Positions 15,167-24,176 of a stretch of DNA of 26,802 bases are shown here, piece after piece (the first letter of the stretch is position 1; every line of letters begins with the position of its first letter). Where the stretch lies: the IMG/VR virus record IMGVR_UViG_3300044513_000021, positions 1 to 26,802 of that record. One strand, 5' to 3'. Below the pieces are notes generated by a model that did not search any database, was not told the DNA's origin, and saw only the letters and a program-made list of their open reading frames with translations. The stretch is from a virus. Lineage: Duplodnaviria > Caudoviricetes. The position numbers were made by a program, and so were the translations under genes.

Positions 15167-17098
15167 ATGATTAGTAACCAATTACCAACAGACTACCAGA
15201 ACTTCATTGCGCTATCTAGGTACGCACGATGGAAAGAGGATGAACAACGAAGGGAAACATGGAGTGAAACTGTATCAAGATATTTTGATTACATGGCTAG
15301 TCACTTGTCTAGCAATCACGGCTATAAGCTTTCTGATTCACTAAGGGGTGAACTAGAGGAAGCCGTATTTACACAGCAGATCATGCCTAGCATGAGGGCT
15401 ATGATGACAGCAGGCCCAGCACTAGATCGCTGTCACGTAGGTGGATACAACTGTTCTTATGTACCTGTGGATAGCCCACGTGCGTTTGACGAGACAATGT
15501 ACATCCTTATGTGCGGTACAGGTGTAGGCTTCTCTGTTGAGCGTCACATCATTGAGAAGTTGCCAGTCGTTAATGAAGACTTCCATCCTACAGACACAGT
15601 AATCAAGGTAGGTGATAGCCGCCCCGGATGGGCTAAGTCACTGAAGGAACTGATTGCTATGTTGTACACTGGACAGATTCCTAAGTTCGATGTTAGCGAA
15701 GTACGTCCTGCAGGTGCAAGGCTCAAGACATTTGGTGGCAGGGCATCAGGCCCACAGCCATTGGTTGAGTTGTTTGAGTTTGTCATCCAGAAGTTCAAGG
15801 GTGCTGCAGGACGTAGACTTTATCCAATTGAATGCCATGACATCATGTGTAAGATTGGTGAGGTTGTCGTTGTAGGTGGTGTACGCCGTAGTGCATTGAT
15901 CAGCTTGTCTAACTTGAACGATGACCAGATGGCACATGCTAAGTCAGGTATGTGGTGGGAGAATGAGGGTCAACGTGCATTGGCTAATAACTCTGTAGCC
16001 TACAAAGAGAAGCCTGAGATGGGTACATTCATGCGTGAATGGTTGTCCTTGTACGACAGTAAGTCAGGTGAGCGTGGTATCTTCAACCGTAAGTCAGCAC
16101 GAGTACAGGCAGCTAAGAATGGTCGGCGTGAAACTGATCACGACTTTGGTTGTAACCCTTGCAGTGAGATCATCCTGCGTCCATACCAGTTCTGTAACTT
16201 GTCAGAGGTAGTGGTACGTGAGAACGATTCAATAGAAACACTGAAAGAGAAGGTACGCCTAGCTACTATCCTTGGTACGTTCCAGTCTACGTTGACCAGC
16301 TTCAAGTACCTACGTAACATCTGGAAGAAGAACACAGAGGAAGAACGCTTGCTTGGTGTATCGCTGACAGGCATCATGGACAACAGCCTGACTTCTACAA
16401 CAGGGGATAAGCTTGAGGTATTACTTGAGGTACTGAAAGATACTGCAGTAATAGCTAATGAGACTATGGCTAAACGACTTAACATCCCACAGTCAGCCGC
16501 CATTACTTGTGTCAAGCCTAGCGGTACAGTGTCACAGCTATGTGATACAGCGTCAGGCATTCATGCAAGGCATAACCCTTACTACATCCGTACTGTACGT
16601 GGTGATAACAAAGACCCACTGACACAGTTCTTGGTTAGTCAGGGCATCCCTGCAGAGCCAGATGTAATGAAGCCAGATAGCACTACCGTGTTTAGCTTCC
16701 CAATGAAGTCACCTAAAGGTGCGGTAACACGTACTGGTATGACTGCCATTGAACAGCTTGACTTGTGGCTAGTGTACCAGCGTCACTGGTGTGAACACAA
16801 ACCATCCGTGACAATCAGCGTCAAGGAAGCAGAATGGATGGACGTAGGTGCTTGGGTGTATGAACATTTCGATGAGGTTAGTGGCATTAGCTTCCTACCA
16901 TTCAGCGAACACACGTACCAGCAAGCACCTTATCAGGACATTGATGAGGCACAGTACAAAGAAGCTGTCAAGAAGATGCCCAAGTCAGTGGACTGGTCTA
17001 AGCTAAGTGACTTTGAGAAGGAAGACACTACATCAGGTGGACGTGAGTTAGCCTGTACTGCGGGTGTTTGTGAGATTGTGGATATTGCAGCAGCATAA
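15167..17098 (+). CDS. nrdJ: Class II (B12-dependent) ribonucleotide reductase, RTPR-like
   Basis: MPSMR, YNCS, GTGVGFS, GGVRRSA, NPCSEI, CNLSE, TCVKPSGTVS and C-terminal CTAGVC; no beta-subunit gene nearby. Confidence 0.93.
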   Translation: MISNQLPTDYQNFIALSRYARWKEDEQRRETWSETVSRYFDYMASHLSSNHGYKLSDSLRGELEEAVFTQQIMPSMRAMMTAGPALDRCHVGGYNCSYVPVDSPRAFDETMYILMCGTGVGFSVERHIIEKLPVVNEDFHPTDTVIKVGDSRPGWAKSLKELIAMLYTGQIPKFDVSEVRPAGARLKTFGGRASGPQPLVELFEFVIQKFKGAAGRRLYPIECHDIMCKIGEVVVVGGVRRSALISLSNLNDDQMAHAKSGMWWENEGQRALANNSVAYKEKPEMGTFMREWLSLYDSKSGERGIFNRKSARVQAAKNGRRETDHDFGCNPCSEIILRPYQFCNLSEVVVRENDSIETLKEKVRLATILGTFQSTLTSFKYLRNIWKKNTEEERLLGVSLTGIMDNSLTSTTGDKLEVLLEVLKDTAVIANETMAKRLNIPQSAAITCVKPSGTVSQLCDTASGIHARHNPYYIRTVRGDNKDPLTQFLVSQGIPAEPDVMKPDSTTVFSFPMKSPKGAVTRTGMTAIEQLDLWLVYQRHWCEHKPSVTISVKEAEWMDVGAWVYEHFDEVSGISFLPFSEHTYQQAPYQDIDEAQYKEAVKKMPKSVDWSKLSDFEKEDTTSGGRELACTAGVCEIVDIAAA

Positions 17099-17109
17099 AG
17101 GAGAATGAT

Positions 17110-17256
17110 TTGGATGGGATTCAATTACTACTGCTTGCCTTATGGGTAATGACTGTGTTAATATATTGGGATATTAGAGTGATGGTTAAGAGACTTAATC
17201 ATCCTCTAGTCCTTATACAAAAAATAGTAACAACAGATAAGGAGACAAACACATGA
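17110..17256 (+). CDS. Small single-TM protein, 48 aa (MDGIQLLLLALWVMTVLIYWDIRVMVKR...)
   Basis: Translated by hand; TTG start after AAGGAG; ATGA overlap with the next gene. Confidence 0.5.
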   Translation: MDGIQLLLLALWVMTVLIYWDIRVMVKRLNHPLVLIQKIVTTDKETNT

Positions 17257-17807
17257 CAAAGAAAAGTGTTTTGACTACAGCAAAAACAGTTTACGAGGAT
17301 GGGGAATGGTGGTACATTCCTACTGAGGGTAAACGAGAACGTCTTTCACAGTACCAAACAAAGAATGCTAGACGCATGTGGGTCAATGGTAAGTACATAC
17401 CACGTTCACATCCTTTGTGGAAGGCAGGTAGATACAAATCACTTGATGATGTGTGGTCACATGATCAGATTGAAAGCACTAAAGAAGGTGAGGTTTACGT
17501 GATTGTTAATCCAGCCTTCACTGATTGGGTTAAGGTAGGCAAGGCAGTTGACTCTGATGATAGATGCAAAGGCTACCAAACCTCATCACCATTTCGTGAT
17601 TACAAGGTAATCGCTAGACTAAGCACTGAGAATAGACACGAGAAAGAAGCTGAGATGCATAAGGTCTTTGAACATTTTGCAGAAGAACGATTAGGCGAAT
17701 GGTTTAAGATTGATAAGGTCACAGCAATTAAGATAATGAACTACCACGCAACAACACAGAAGCTACCCTTCAACCAGTTAAACAAAGGAGATACAATTGC
17801 GGCGTAA
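17253..17807 (+). CDS. GIY-YIG nuclease of the T5orf172/MUG113 type
   Basis: GEVYVI...WVKVGKA...R...YQTSSP...E...H...GEWF pattern. Confidence 0.8.
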   Translation: MTKKSVLTTAKTVYEDGEWWYIPTEGKRERLSQYQTKNARRMWVNGKYIPRSHPLWKAGRYKSLDDVWSHDQIESTKEGEVYVIVNPAFTDWVKVGKAVDSDDRCKGYQTSSPFRDYKVIARLSTENRHEKEAEMHKVFEHFAEERLGEWFKIDKVTAIKIMNYHATTQKLPFNQLNKGDTIAA

Positions 17808-18003
17808 TGGATTGAGCAAGTACGATGCCCCACTTAGAATACAGTACGAGTGGGGTCAGGAAGCATTCAAGAGGGGCAAACTAAACTGTCCCATTGATGC
17901 TAACACAATGCAAGCACGTGAGTGGCATAGAGGATGGAATGACGCTTACCATGTGAATCTACAGAAGGTACAACGGAATGAACAAGCTAGAGCAAGAAGC
18001 TAA
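17797..18003 (+). CDS. Small protein with Rmf-like pattern
   Basis: AAAGGAG RBS with TTG start; YEWGQEAFKRG...CP...REWHRGWNDA. Confidence 0.6.
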   Translation: MRRNGLSKYDAPLRIQYEWGQEAFKRGKLNCPIDANTMQAREWHRGWNDAYHVNLQKVQRNEQARARS

Positions 18004-18352
18004 ACGGTGGATGAAGGAGAAACAAATGAGTGGCATAACCGCATCAGACTATCAGAACAGAGCCTGTACTACAGCCATCTTCCCAAAAGAAACAGCCCTA
18101 GCGTACTTGACGTTAGGACTGGCAGGTGAGGCAGGTGAGATTGCTAACAAGGCTAAGAAGCTAATACGTGATGGAGATAACCCTGCTAAACGTGCAGAGA
18201 TTACGAAGGAGTTAGGTGATGTGTGTTGGTATATCGCTGTACTAGCACAGGAACTAGGCGTTAATCTAGGCAAGGTAATGGAAGATAACATTGAGAAGCT
18301 TGCAGATAGACAGGCTAGGGGTATGCTAGGTGGCAGCGGAGATAACCGCTAA
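17978..18352 (+). CDS. mazG: MazG-like nucleotide pyrophosphohydrolase
   Basis: LGLAGEAGEIANK and KELGDVCWY motifs; C-terminal GSGDNR. The start may be at the later Met (MSGITAS). Confidence 0.88.
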   Translation: MNKLEQEAKRWMKEKQMSGITASDYQNRACTTAIFPKETALAYLTLGLAGEAGEIANKAKKLIRDGDNPAKRAEITKELGDVCWYIAVLAQELGVNLGKVMEDNIEKLADRQARGMLGGSGDNR

Positions 18353-18419
18353 TGATAGGAGCAGCAATTATAGTTGTGTCTTACTTAACACTGATACCAC
18401 TAATGATGGAGTAAGAAGA

Positions 18420-18445
18420 AGGGGGCAATTAAGCCCCCTCTTTTT
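18420..18445. terminator. Rho-independent terminator at the convergence of the two transcription units, probably bidirectional
   Basis: AGGGGGC-AATTAA-GCCCCCT followed by CTTTTT and preceded by the A-rich AAGAAGA. Confidence 0.85.
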
Positions 18446-21400
18446 ATAGTCTCGTTTCTGTGATGTACTCTAACATCATTCTAATATGATCTTCATTAGC
18501 GAAGCTAGGTTTTTCACTACCTCTGCCTAACTCTTGTAATATATTAGGCAATGCATTCCTTGCAGCACGTCTTTCTGCTGGCTTCATTCTACGTAGCTTC
18601 TGCTGTGCTTCAAGATAACCTTGCAACCTTACATCAATAGGGTTGCCAGACTTAGGGTCTACAATACCAGTCTCTTCAGACCCAGTTATAACAGGATCAA
18701 TGGCAGCTTTGTATTCTGCTAGTATTTCTGTGATGCGTCTTGTCTGTTCATCTTTAATAAAAGCATCATCAGACTTTCTATCACGCTCTTCTGCGCTACG
18801 CTTACGTGCTTCAGTGCGATAGATACGCATGAAGTCTGGGCTTGTTACTACGTCTACCATAGTAGGTAATAATTCACGTAGTACCTTTGTTTCATAGCGT
18901 TGGAAGCCCGGTGATATTGTTTTAGTACGCATCTTGTAATCACGGAAGCCTAGCTTCTCAAGGAACTTACCAGCCTCACTGGACTCTTTTGATAGGCCAA
19001 TACCAGTGAACACTTTAAGTAATGGCATTACACGTTCACGTGTTTCACCTTTTTGAAATAGTGTTTCAGTAAGCGGTAACTTTTCATCTTCTTCTGGAGA
19101 TAACAACGTAGAGTATCCACGTCTAGCAAAAGGCTCTGCAAACTCACGTTTAAATGATTCTACTGCAGTTTCTACACCAGTTTCTCCAAGCATAGGCTCT
19201 TCACGTACATCCCTATACTCTGCTGAACGCTCACCTGTACCACGCTGCGCATCAATAACCTGATTTAATGGCGTAAGATAAGTAGCAGCATACTCGCCAA
19301 AGATAGTACCAAAGGTACTGCCGATAGTCTCACCACTCTGCGCATCAGCAGTTTCAATCATCTTTGCAATATCATTAAAGACCGCATCACCTGCACCTGT
19401 ACGCACGTTAACACCAAGGAAGGTTTCTTTGGCATCCTTGTGGTCATACCAGTTAGATAATGTACCATCATCGTATCGTTTAGCAGCTTCAGCAATCCAC
19501 AAAGCCTGTCGTAAGATAGGAGACTGTGGTGTTGTATCCATTAATGTATCATCATCTGTACGCAGCATCTTGTAATCTGTTGGCGCATCTTCTTGTCCAC
19601 GATACATCATAGCTGCTGGTAGTATAGCACCAACACCTATCATATTACGGGACAACTGTTTACGTTCTTTAGCGGTAAGAGGCCCACGTTTATCTTTCAC
19701 AAACATACCAGTTGCTTTACGTAATAGAGGTGCAGCCGCACCGCCAGCATAATTACCAAACAGTTCCATGCTGTTGAACATAAAGCGTGGGAATGGTGTA
19801 ATAACAGTTAGACCATTGTTAGTGATGAACGATGTAATGTTTCTAAATACCTCTGTGTCAGGCTGCTTGGCGTAAGTAATGTCCAAAGCTTTTTCTGTGG
19901 CATCAGCTACAAGCTGCTTGAAGGGACGTTTATCCCCAATAATATCTGGCACATCATTGAGTAAGTCATTTAATTTTCCAGCGTTGATTGTTTCAATTAG
20001 GTCAATACCATACTCGTTCTTTGATAGACGTTCTAGTTCCGCTAAAAATGAACCACGTCTTACAAGATATTCCTGCCAACGGTTAGGTGTGTTAAGTACA
20101 TCTACTCCATCTTCAATGAATGTTAATGTCTTATCCAGCTTACCACCTGTACCAGCACCCGTTGCTCTACGTACTTCGTTAATCTGGTTGTACATCATGT
20201 CAAACTGCTGACTCATACCCGGACGAGATAGAATGAAATCAGTGTATCCTTTTACCTCACTCATATTTTTAGGGTTAGTCATGTAGCGCATATGTTTAAA
20301 GCTATCATTCCAGTTAGACTTAGATATAAGAGATTTAGCACCTGCACCAATACCATCCTGCCCCATGTTAAACAGAGCAGTATCCATGACATTCTGCAGA
20401 CCTTCTAACGGCGCACGAATACCTGCTGATGATAAGTTACGTGCAGCAGTAGCAATCTGTGACACAAGTAATCCACGGCGAATGTTCTCTGTTCTACGTA
20501 CAAACTTCATAATACCATTCTGGTTATCTAGCAGCGCAGCATTACGAATATTATCTATTTCGCCTTTAGGTTTAATACGCTTAGACAACTGTGAAAATTT
20601 CTGCAACACTCTACCTGCATCACTGGCAGAACCAAGTACCATTGTTGCGTAGTCTTCATAAGACAAGTCATACTTGTTAAGTAACTCAAGCAGTTCATCT
20701 GTCTGTACAACCTCTTGATTAACAGACATCTCAAACAGATTATCTACCAAGCGTTTCTTTGGGTTATATAAGTCAGGTTTTTTAGCAATGATGTCTGCAG
20801 CCGCCGCAGTAAACGCATCCAGCTTCTCAGGACGTATAACATTAATAGTAAGTGTATCTCCAGCTAACTCCAAGAAGTCTGATACTTTATCTTCACCACT
20901 AGCTGCGTCAAGTAAATTAATAGGTTGACCATCAATGTCTTCTAGTTTCTGTTTACCAACAGCACGTGCTTTAGCATCATCAATAGTAAGCTGACCATTC
21001 TTTTCTGTAGAGATAAGTTTCTTCTCATCAATAACATCATTGATATCTAACTTACTACGTGCGCCAATCTTCTGCTCAAACTCTTTAATATAGTCTGTGG
21101 TAATTTGCTTATTCTGTGCAGCAACATCTTTAGCCAAAGCAGCCTTTTCATCAGCTTGCCTTTGCGTCATGGCTTTAGCCATTTGTATGTTTAGCCTACG
21201 GCTTTCTTTTTCTACTTGTTTAGCTGCCTGTTTAAAGTCACCGCCAAGCTTGGCACCTGTACCCAAAGCGGGTACACCTTCTAGCATAGTCAAGGTATTC
21301 TCTGACTCACGCATCAGCTTCTTAACAAAGGTATCTTTGTCTACTTTACCGCCAAATACAAACTTACTAACATCTTCATACGTATCTGGATTGTTTTCAG

Positions 21401-22148
21401 CAAGAGATGTAACTGCACCGTCTATTAAATCATTATAGGCTGCAGTACCTACATTGATAGCACCACCTACCTTGATAAGAGATTGCATAAATACTGGACC
21501 AAGCACAGGAGTAGACATGAACTTCTTCATCAAGCTAGGACTACCGTTTTCGTCTTCATCACCATTGGCATCTACTTTATCAGGCATACTAGGTACAACA
21601 ACGTCACGAATAAATTCATACTCTGACATACCTTGTTCTGCTGCGCCACCTGCAATAGTCTCAGCAGTATCCGCATTCTCTTTTCTTGCTCTACCAACAC
21701 GTGTATTAAGGTCTATCTTAACATCTGGTATAGCGAGTCCAAGTTTTTGCATCTGCTTACGTGCCATATCAGAAGGAGTAGGCAGATCAGTTTCAGCATC
21801 AGCAGCTTCGTAGTCTATAGTAGGGTCTATAGCTTCCAGTTCTTCTGCTTTCTTCTTCTCTTCTTCAGCCACAATATCTTCTGCAGTTACACCTGTAGGC
21901 ACAGATGGTCCTGTAGGCACACTAGGTTGCGCATCAGGGGCTGTTGATGTATCTAAGGGGGAAAGTGTAGCCACGGTAGGTGAGCCTGCTTTACGCAGGA
22001 TACGTGGCCCTTTAACAGCAGGCTGCTGTTGCTGCGGTTCTTCTACAGGGGTATCTTCAGCAGTATCAACAACAGGTTTGTCTTCTTCCTCTTGTGCTTT
22101 ATACTGCTCTTCTATTTCAGGAGATGCGTAGTTGAGTATCTTTACCAT
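18444..22148 (-). CDS. Large putative internal virion/ejection protein, 1234 aa
   Basis: Very long helical-looking ORF at the end of the late operon, with a P/E/Q-rich disordered N-terminus. No catalytic motif recognised; role inferred from position. Confidence 0.6.
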   Translation of the reverse strand: MVKILNYASPEIEEQYKAQEEEDKPVVDTAEDTPVEEPQQQQPAVKGPRILRKAGSPTVATLSPLDTSTAPDAQPSVPTGPSVPTGVTAEDIVAEEEKKKAEELEAIDPTIDYEAADAETDLPTPSDMARKQMQKLGLAIPDVKIDLNTRVGRARKENADTAETIAGGAAEQGMSEYEFIRDVVVPSMPDKVDANGDEDENGSPSLMKKFMSTPVLGPVFMQSLIKVGGAINVGTAAYNDLIDGAVTSLAENNPDTYEDVSKFVFGGKVDKDTFVKKLMRESENTLTMLEGVPALGTGAKLGGDFKQAAKQVEKESRRLNIQMAKAMTQRQADEKAALAKDVAAQNKQITTDYIKEFEQKIGARSKLDINDVIDEKKLISTEKNGQLTIDDAKARAVGKQKLEDIDGQPINLLDAASGEDKVSDFLELAGDTLTINVIRPEKLDAFTAAAADIIAKKPDLYNPKKRLVDNLFEMSVNQEVVQTDELLELLNKYDLSYEDYATMVLGSASDAGRVLQKFSQLSKRIKPKGEIDNIRNAALLDNQNGIMKFVRRTENIRRGLLVSQIATAARNLSSAGIRAPLEGLQNVMDTALFNMGQDGIGAGAKSLISKSNWNDSFKHMRYMTNPKNMSEVKGYTDFILSRPGMSQQFDMMYNQINEVRRATGAGTGGKLDKTLTFIEDGVDVLNTPNRWQEYLVRRGSFLAELERLSKNEYGIDLIETINAGKLNDLLNDVPDIIGDKRPFKQLVADATEKALDITYAKQPDTEVFRNITSFITNNGLTVITPFPRFMFNSMELFGNYAGGAAAPLLRKATGMFVKDKRGPLTAKERKQLSRNMIGVGAILPAAMMYRGQEDAPTDYKMLRTDDDTLMDTTPQSPILRQALWIAEAAKRYDDGTLSNWYDHKDAKETFLGVNVRTGAGDAVFNDIAKMIETADAQSGETIGSTFGTIFGEYAATYLTPLNQVIDAQRGTGERSAEYRDVREEPMLGETGVETAVESFKREFAEPFARRGYSTLLSPEEDEKLPLTETLFQKGETRERVMPLLKVFTGIGLSKESSEAGKFLEKLGFRDYKMRTKTISPGFQRYETKVLRELLPTMVDVVTSPDFMRIYRTEARKRSAEERDRKSDDAFIKDEQTRRITEILAEYKAAIDPVITGSEETGIVDPKSGNPIDVRLQGYLEAQQKLRRMKPAERRAARNALPNILQELGRGSEKPSFANEDHIRMMLEYITETRL

Positions 22149-22154
22149 TACAAC

Positions 22155-23447
22155 TTACTCCATGTAAGTCCAGTTAGTACCCATCCATACTGCTAGTGCA
22201 TCGCCTACATAGTCATTAGTTTGTGGATCATAGTACTTAACCATGCCGATATCACCAGTACTAAACAGCGGCTCACCTTGTGCATTCACTGTGGCATCTG
22301 GTTCAATTGCAGGATTAGTATTAACTATCTCACCTTTATCATTAAACTCATAAGCTTTATTTTCTGGTACATTACGTTTAGAAAATTTACTTAGATAAGT
22401 TTGTGTGTTTGTTGAAAAGGCACGTTGCTCTACCCGCAAGAAGTTCAGCAAGGTGGCATCGTTTTTATATGCCTTTGTTGTTTTTTCTACTTCATCAATA
22501 ACAGATGGCTGTGCAGCAAAGTATGATTTATACGAATCAGTACCGGACAACTTAGCCATTAGATTATCTCCAATGCTTTGTGTAAACTCAGCATCGTACA
22601 TTGAGTTCTTTACTTGGTTAAGAATAGCTATACCTGTTTTTGGTGTGAGTGTTGTCGCATTGTCTGCATTCTCATTACTCTTCGCTTCTCTTAGTGTTTT
22701 CTGCGCCATCTCATAATAAGTTTTACCTTGTGTATAAGCGACAGAACCTTCTTCATTTTCCAGCATCAATTGCTGACCATAAGCTAGTATGTTTTCTGTG
22801 CTTTTAAACTTATCATCTTTGTTCTTGTCGAATTTAAGAGCAAACTCTTTTGCCTCGTAGCCTTCGTCATACTTAATAGTTGCAGAAGGAACTGCAGCAG
22901 TATCACGAGGTGCTGTATACTCACTATCTACAGGTATAGTTTCATCAACATCTGCAGCTAAGTCACCTTTTATGCGCATACCAAACTTACCCATAATACC
23001 AGTAGCTTTACCCATTCCTTCTGGAATTTTAGTAGTAAAGTCAAAGTCGGGTTTAAATCTATTGAAGTTATCAGTAAGAGTTCTTGGGTCTTTCAGCGTA
23101 TCCTCACCTGAAAAATCAATAAACTTATCTACACTAAATCCACTACCTAGTTTCTTCTGGTTTTCTTTTAGGTCACTAATAAGTGTTTCAATAGCATCAT
23201 TAGTACCGCCAACACCTTCAGCAGCCATAGCTGCTCTGTTGTGACTGCCTGTTATAGCTGCTAGTTCACGTAGGTTATCTTTCAATTTACGTCCGGTTGT
23301 TTCCGCAGCACTAATCTTCTGTTCCCTACGAGTAAGCGCATAGGTTTCAGCACGTGACATTCTATCCATGTTACGTTTCATGTCTAGCTGCATCATCTTA
23401 TCGAAGCCACTAGCTAATCCTGTTACTAAGCCTGCACCAAATCCCAT
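22155..23447 (-). CDS. Putative internal virion protein, 430 aa
   Basis: N-terminal Gly-rich amphipathic MGFGAGLVTGLASG followed by a charged coiled coil. Confidence 0.6.
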   Translation of the reverse strand: MGFGAGLVTGLASGFDKMMQLDMKRNMDRMSRAETYALTRREQKISAAETTGRKLKDNLRELAAITGSHNRAAMAAEGVGGTNDAIETLISDLKENQKKLGSGFSVDKFIDFSGEDTLKDPRTLTDNFNRFKPDFDFTTKIPEGMGKATGIMGKFGMRIKGDLAADVDETIPVDSEYTAPRDTAAVPSATIKYDEGYEAKEFALKFDKNKDDKFKSTENILAYGQQLMLENEEGSVAYTQGKTYYEMAQKTLREAKSNENADNATTLTPKTGIAILNQVKNSMYDAEFTQSIGDNLMAKLSGTDSYKSYFAAQPSVIDEVEKTTKAYKNDATLLNFLRVEQRAFSTNTQTYLSKFSKRNVPENKAYEFNDKGEIVNTNPAIEPDATVNAQGEPLFSTGDIGMVKYYDPQTNDYVGDALAVWMGTNWTYME

Positions 23448-23971
23448 TATTTTCTCCGTGCCATTAAGCCCATAGGTTCATTTTCCATGACAGGCACTTC
23501 TTCCGATGTTACTTCAGTTTCCATGTCATCCGGTTTTTCTTCCGTGTCTTTTTCTTGTAATTCTTGTTCTAGTTCTGCTATAACTTTAGCCATCTTAGCA
23601 TTGCTAATCTTATCTTTATTAGGATTATCAAGGCCGGTTACGTAATCTACGTCTGCACTTTCAGCAATAAACATAATCATCTCTACAATAACAGGAGACA
23701 CGAGGACTCCTACATCTACACTGTGCAGTCCTTCCATAACACTGGATAGTTGAATAGCATTGGCAGCATCAACTGCAGATACACCCATATCAAGTACATC
23801 TATAAGTTGATCCATAAAATCTTCAGATGTCATTCTATCCATATAGTATTGAATAGCTTCATCAACTGTAGAATACATAGGTGCTGATTGCCAAGGACGT
23901 GACCCCAACTCAGCAGTTAAGGACATTCCGGGTATAGGAGCATCAAAATTAGGGGTGATATCAAGAGCCAT
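23447..23971 (-). CDS. Hypothetical late-region protein, 174 aa
   Basis: FDAPIPGMSLT.E.G.RPW N-terminus, acidic tail and GLMARRK end; coupled to neighbours. Confidence 0.75.
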   Translation of the reverse strand: MALDITPNFDAPIPGMSLTAELGSRPWQSAPMYSTVDEAIQYYMDRMTSEDFMDQLIDVLDMGVSAVDAANAIQLSSVMEGLHSVDVGVLVSPVIVEMIMFIAESADVDYVTGLDNPNKDKISNAKMAKVIAELEQELQEKDTEEKPDDMETEVTSEEVPVMENEPMGLMARRK

Positions 23972-24176
23972 TTACATTTGTCCTACGTTCACGTATAGCT
24001 TGCAAGTGTTTTTTAACACGAGTTACTGGCTGAGAAAGATCTTCATCAGTACTAAAGTTTCGGCTAGTCTTTGGCGAAAGCAAGCCAGTAGATGCTGCCT
24101 TGTTTTTTACAGGAGCCTCTTCATCTATCTTCATATTGATGTAAGATGAAACGACAGGATTATATGGTCTTGACAT
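23961..24176 (-). CDS. Small hypothetical late-region protein, 71 aa
   Basis: Fills the gap and overlaps both flanking - strand genes. Confidence 0.65.
   Translation of the reverse strand: MSRPYNPVVSSYINMKIDEEAPVKNKAASTGLLSPKTSRNFSTDEDLSQPVTRVKKHLQAIRERRTNVNGS

Noticed and set aside
15167-17098. Intein or intron in the RNR (also checked the polymerase and helicase)
   Set aside because: Lengths are ordinary, catalytic motifs are contiguous, and no splice motifs were seen.
21888-21927. PSVPTG-PSVPTG tandem repeat
   Set aside because: A short duplication in a disordered linker with no sign of a larger system.
18444-22148. 1234-aa protein as a virion RNA polymerase that might read the hairpin elements
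   Set aside because: I found no RNA polymerase motif (DxxGR, Rx3Kx7YG, DFDGD) by eye; a structure search would be needed to revisit this.
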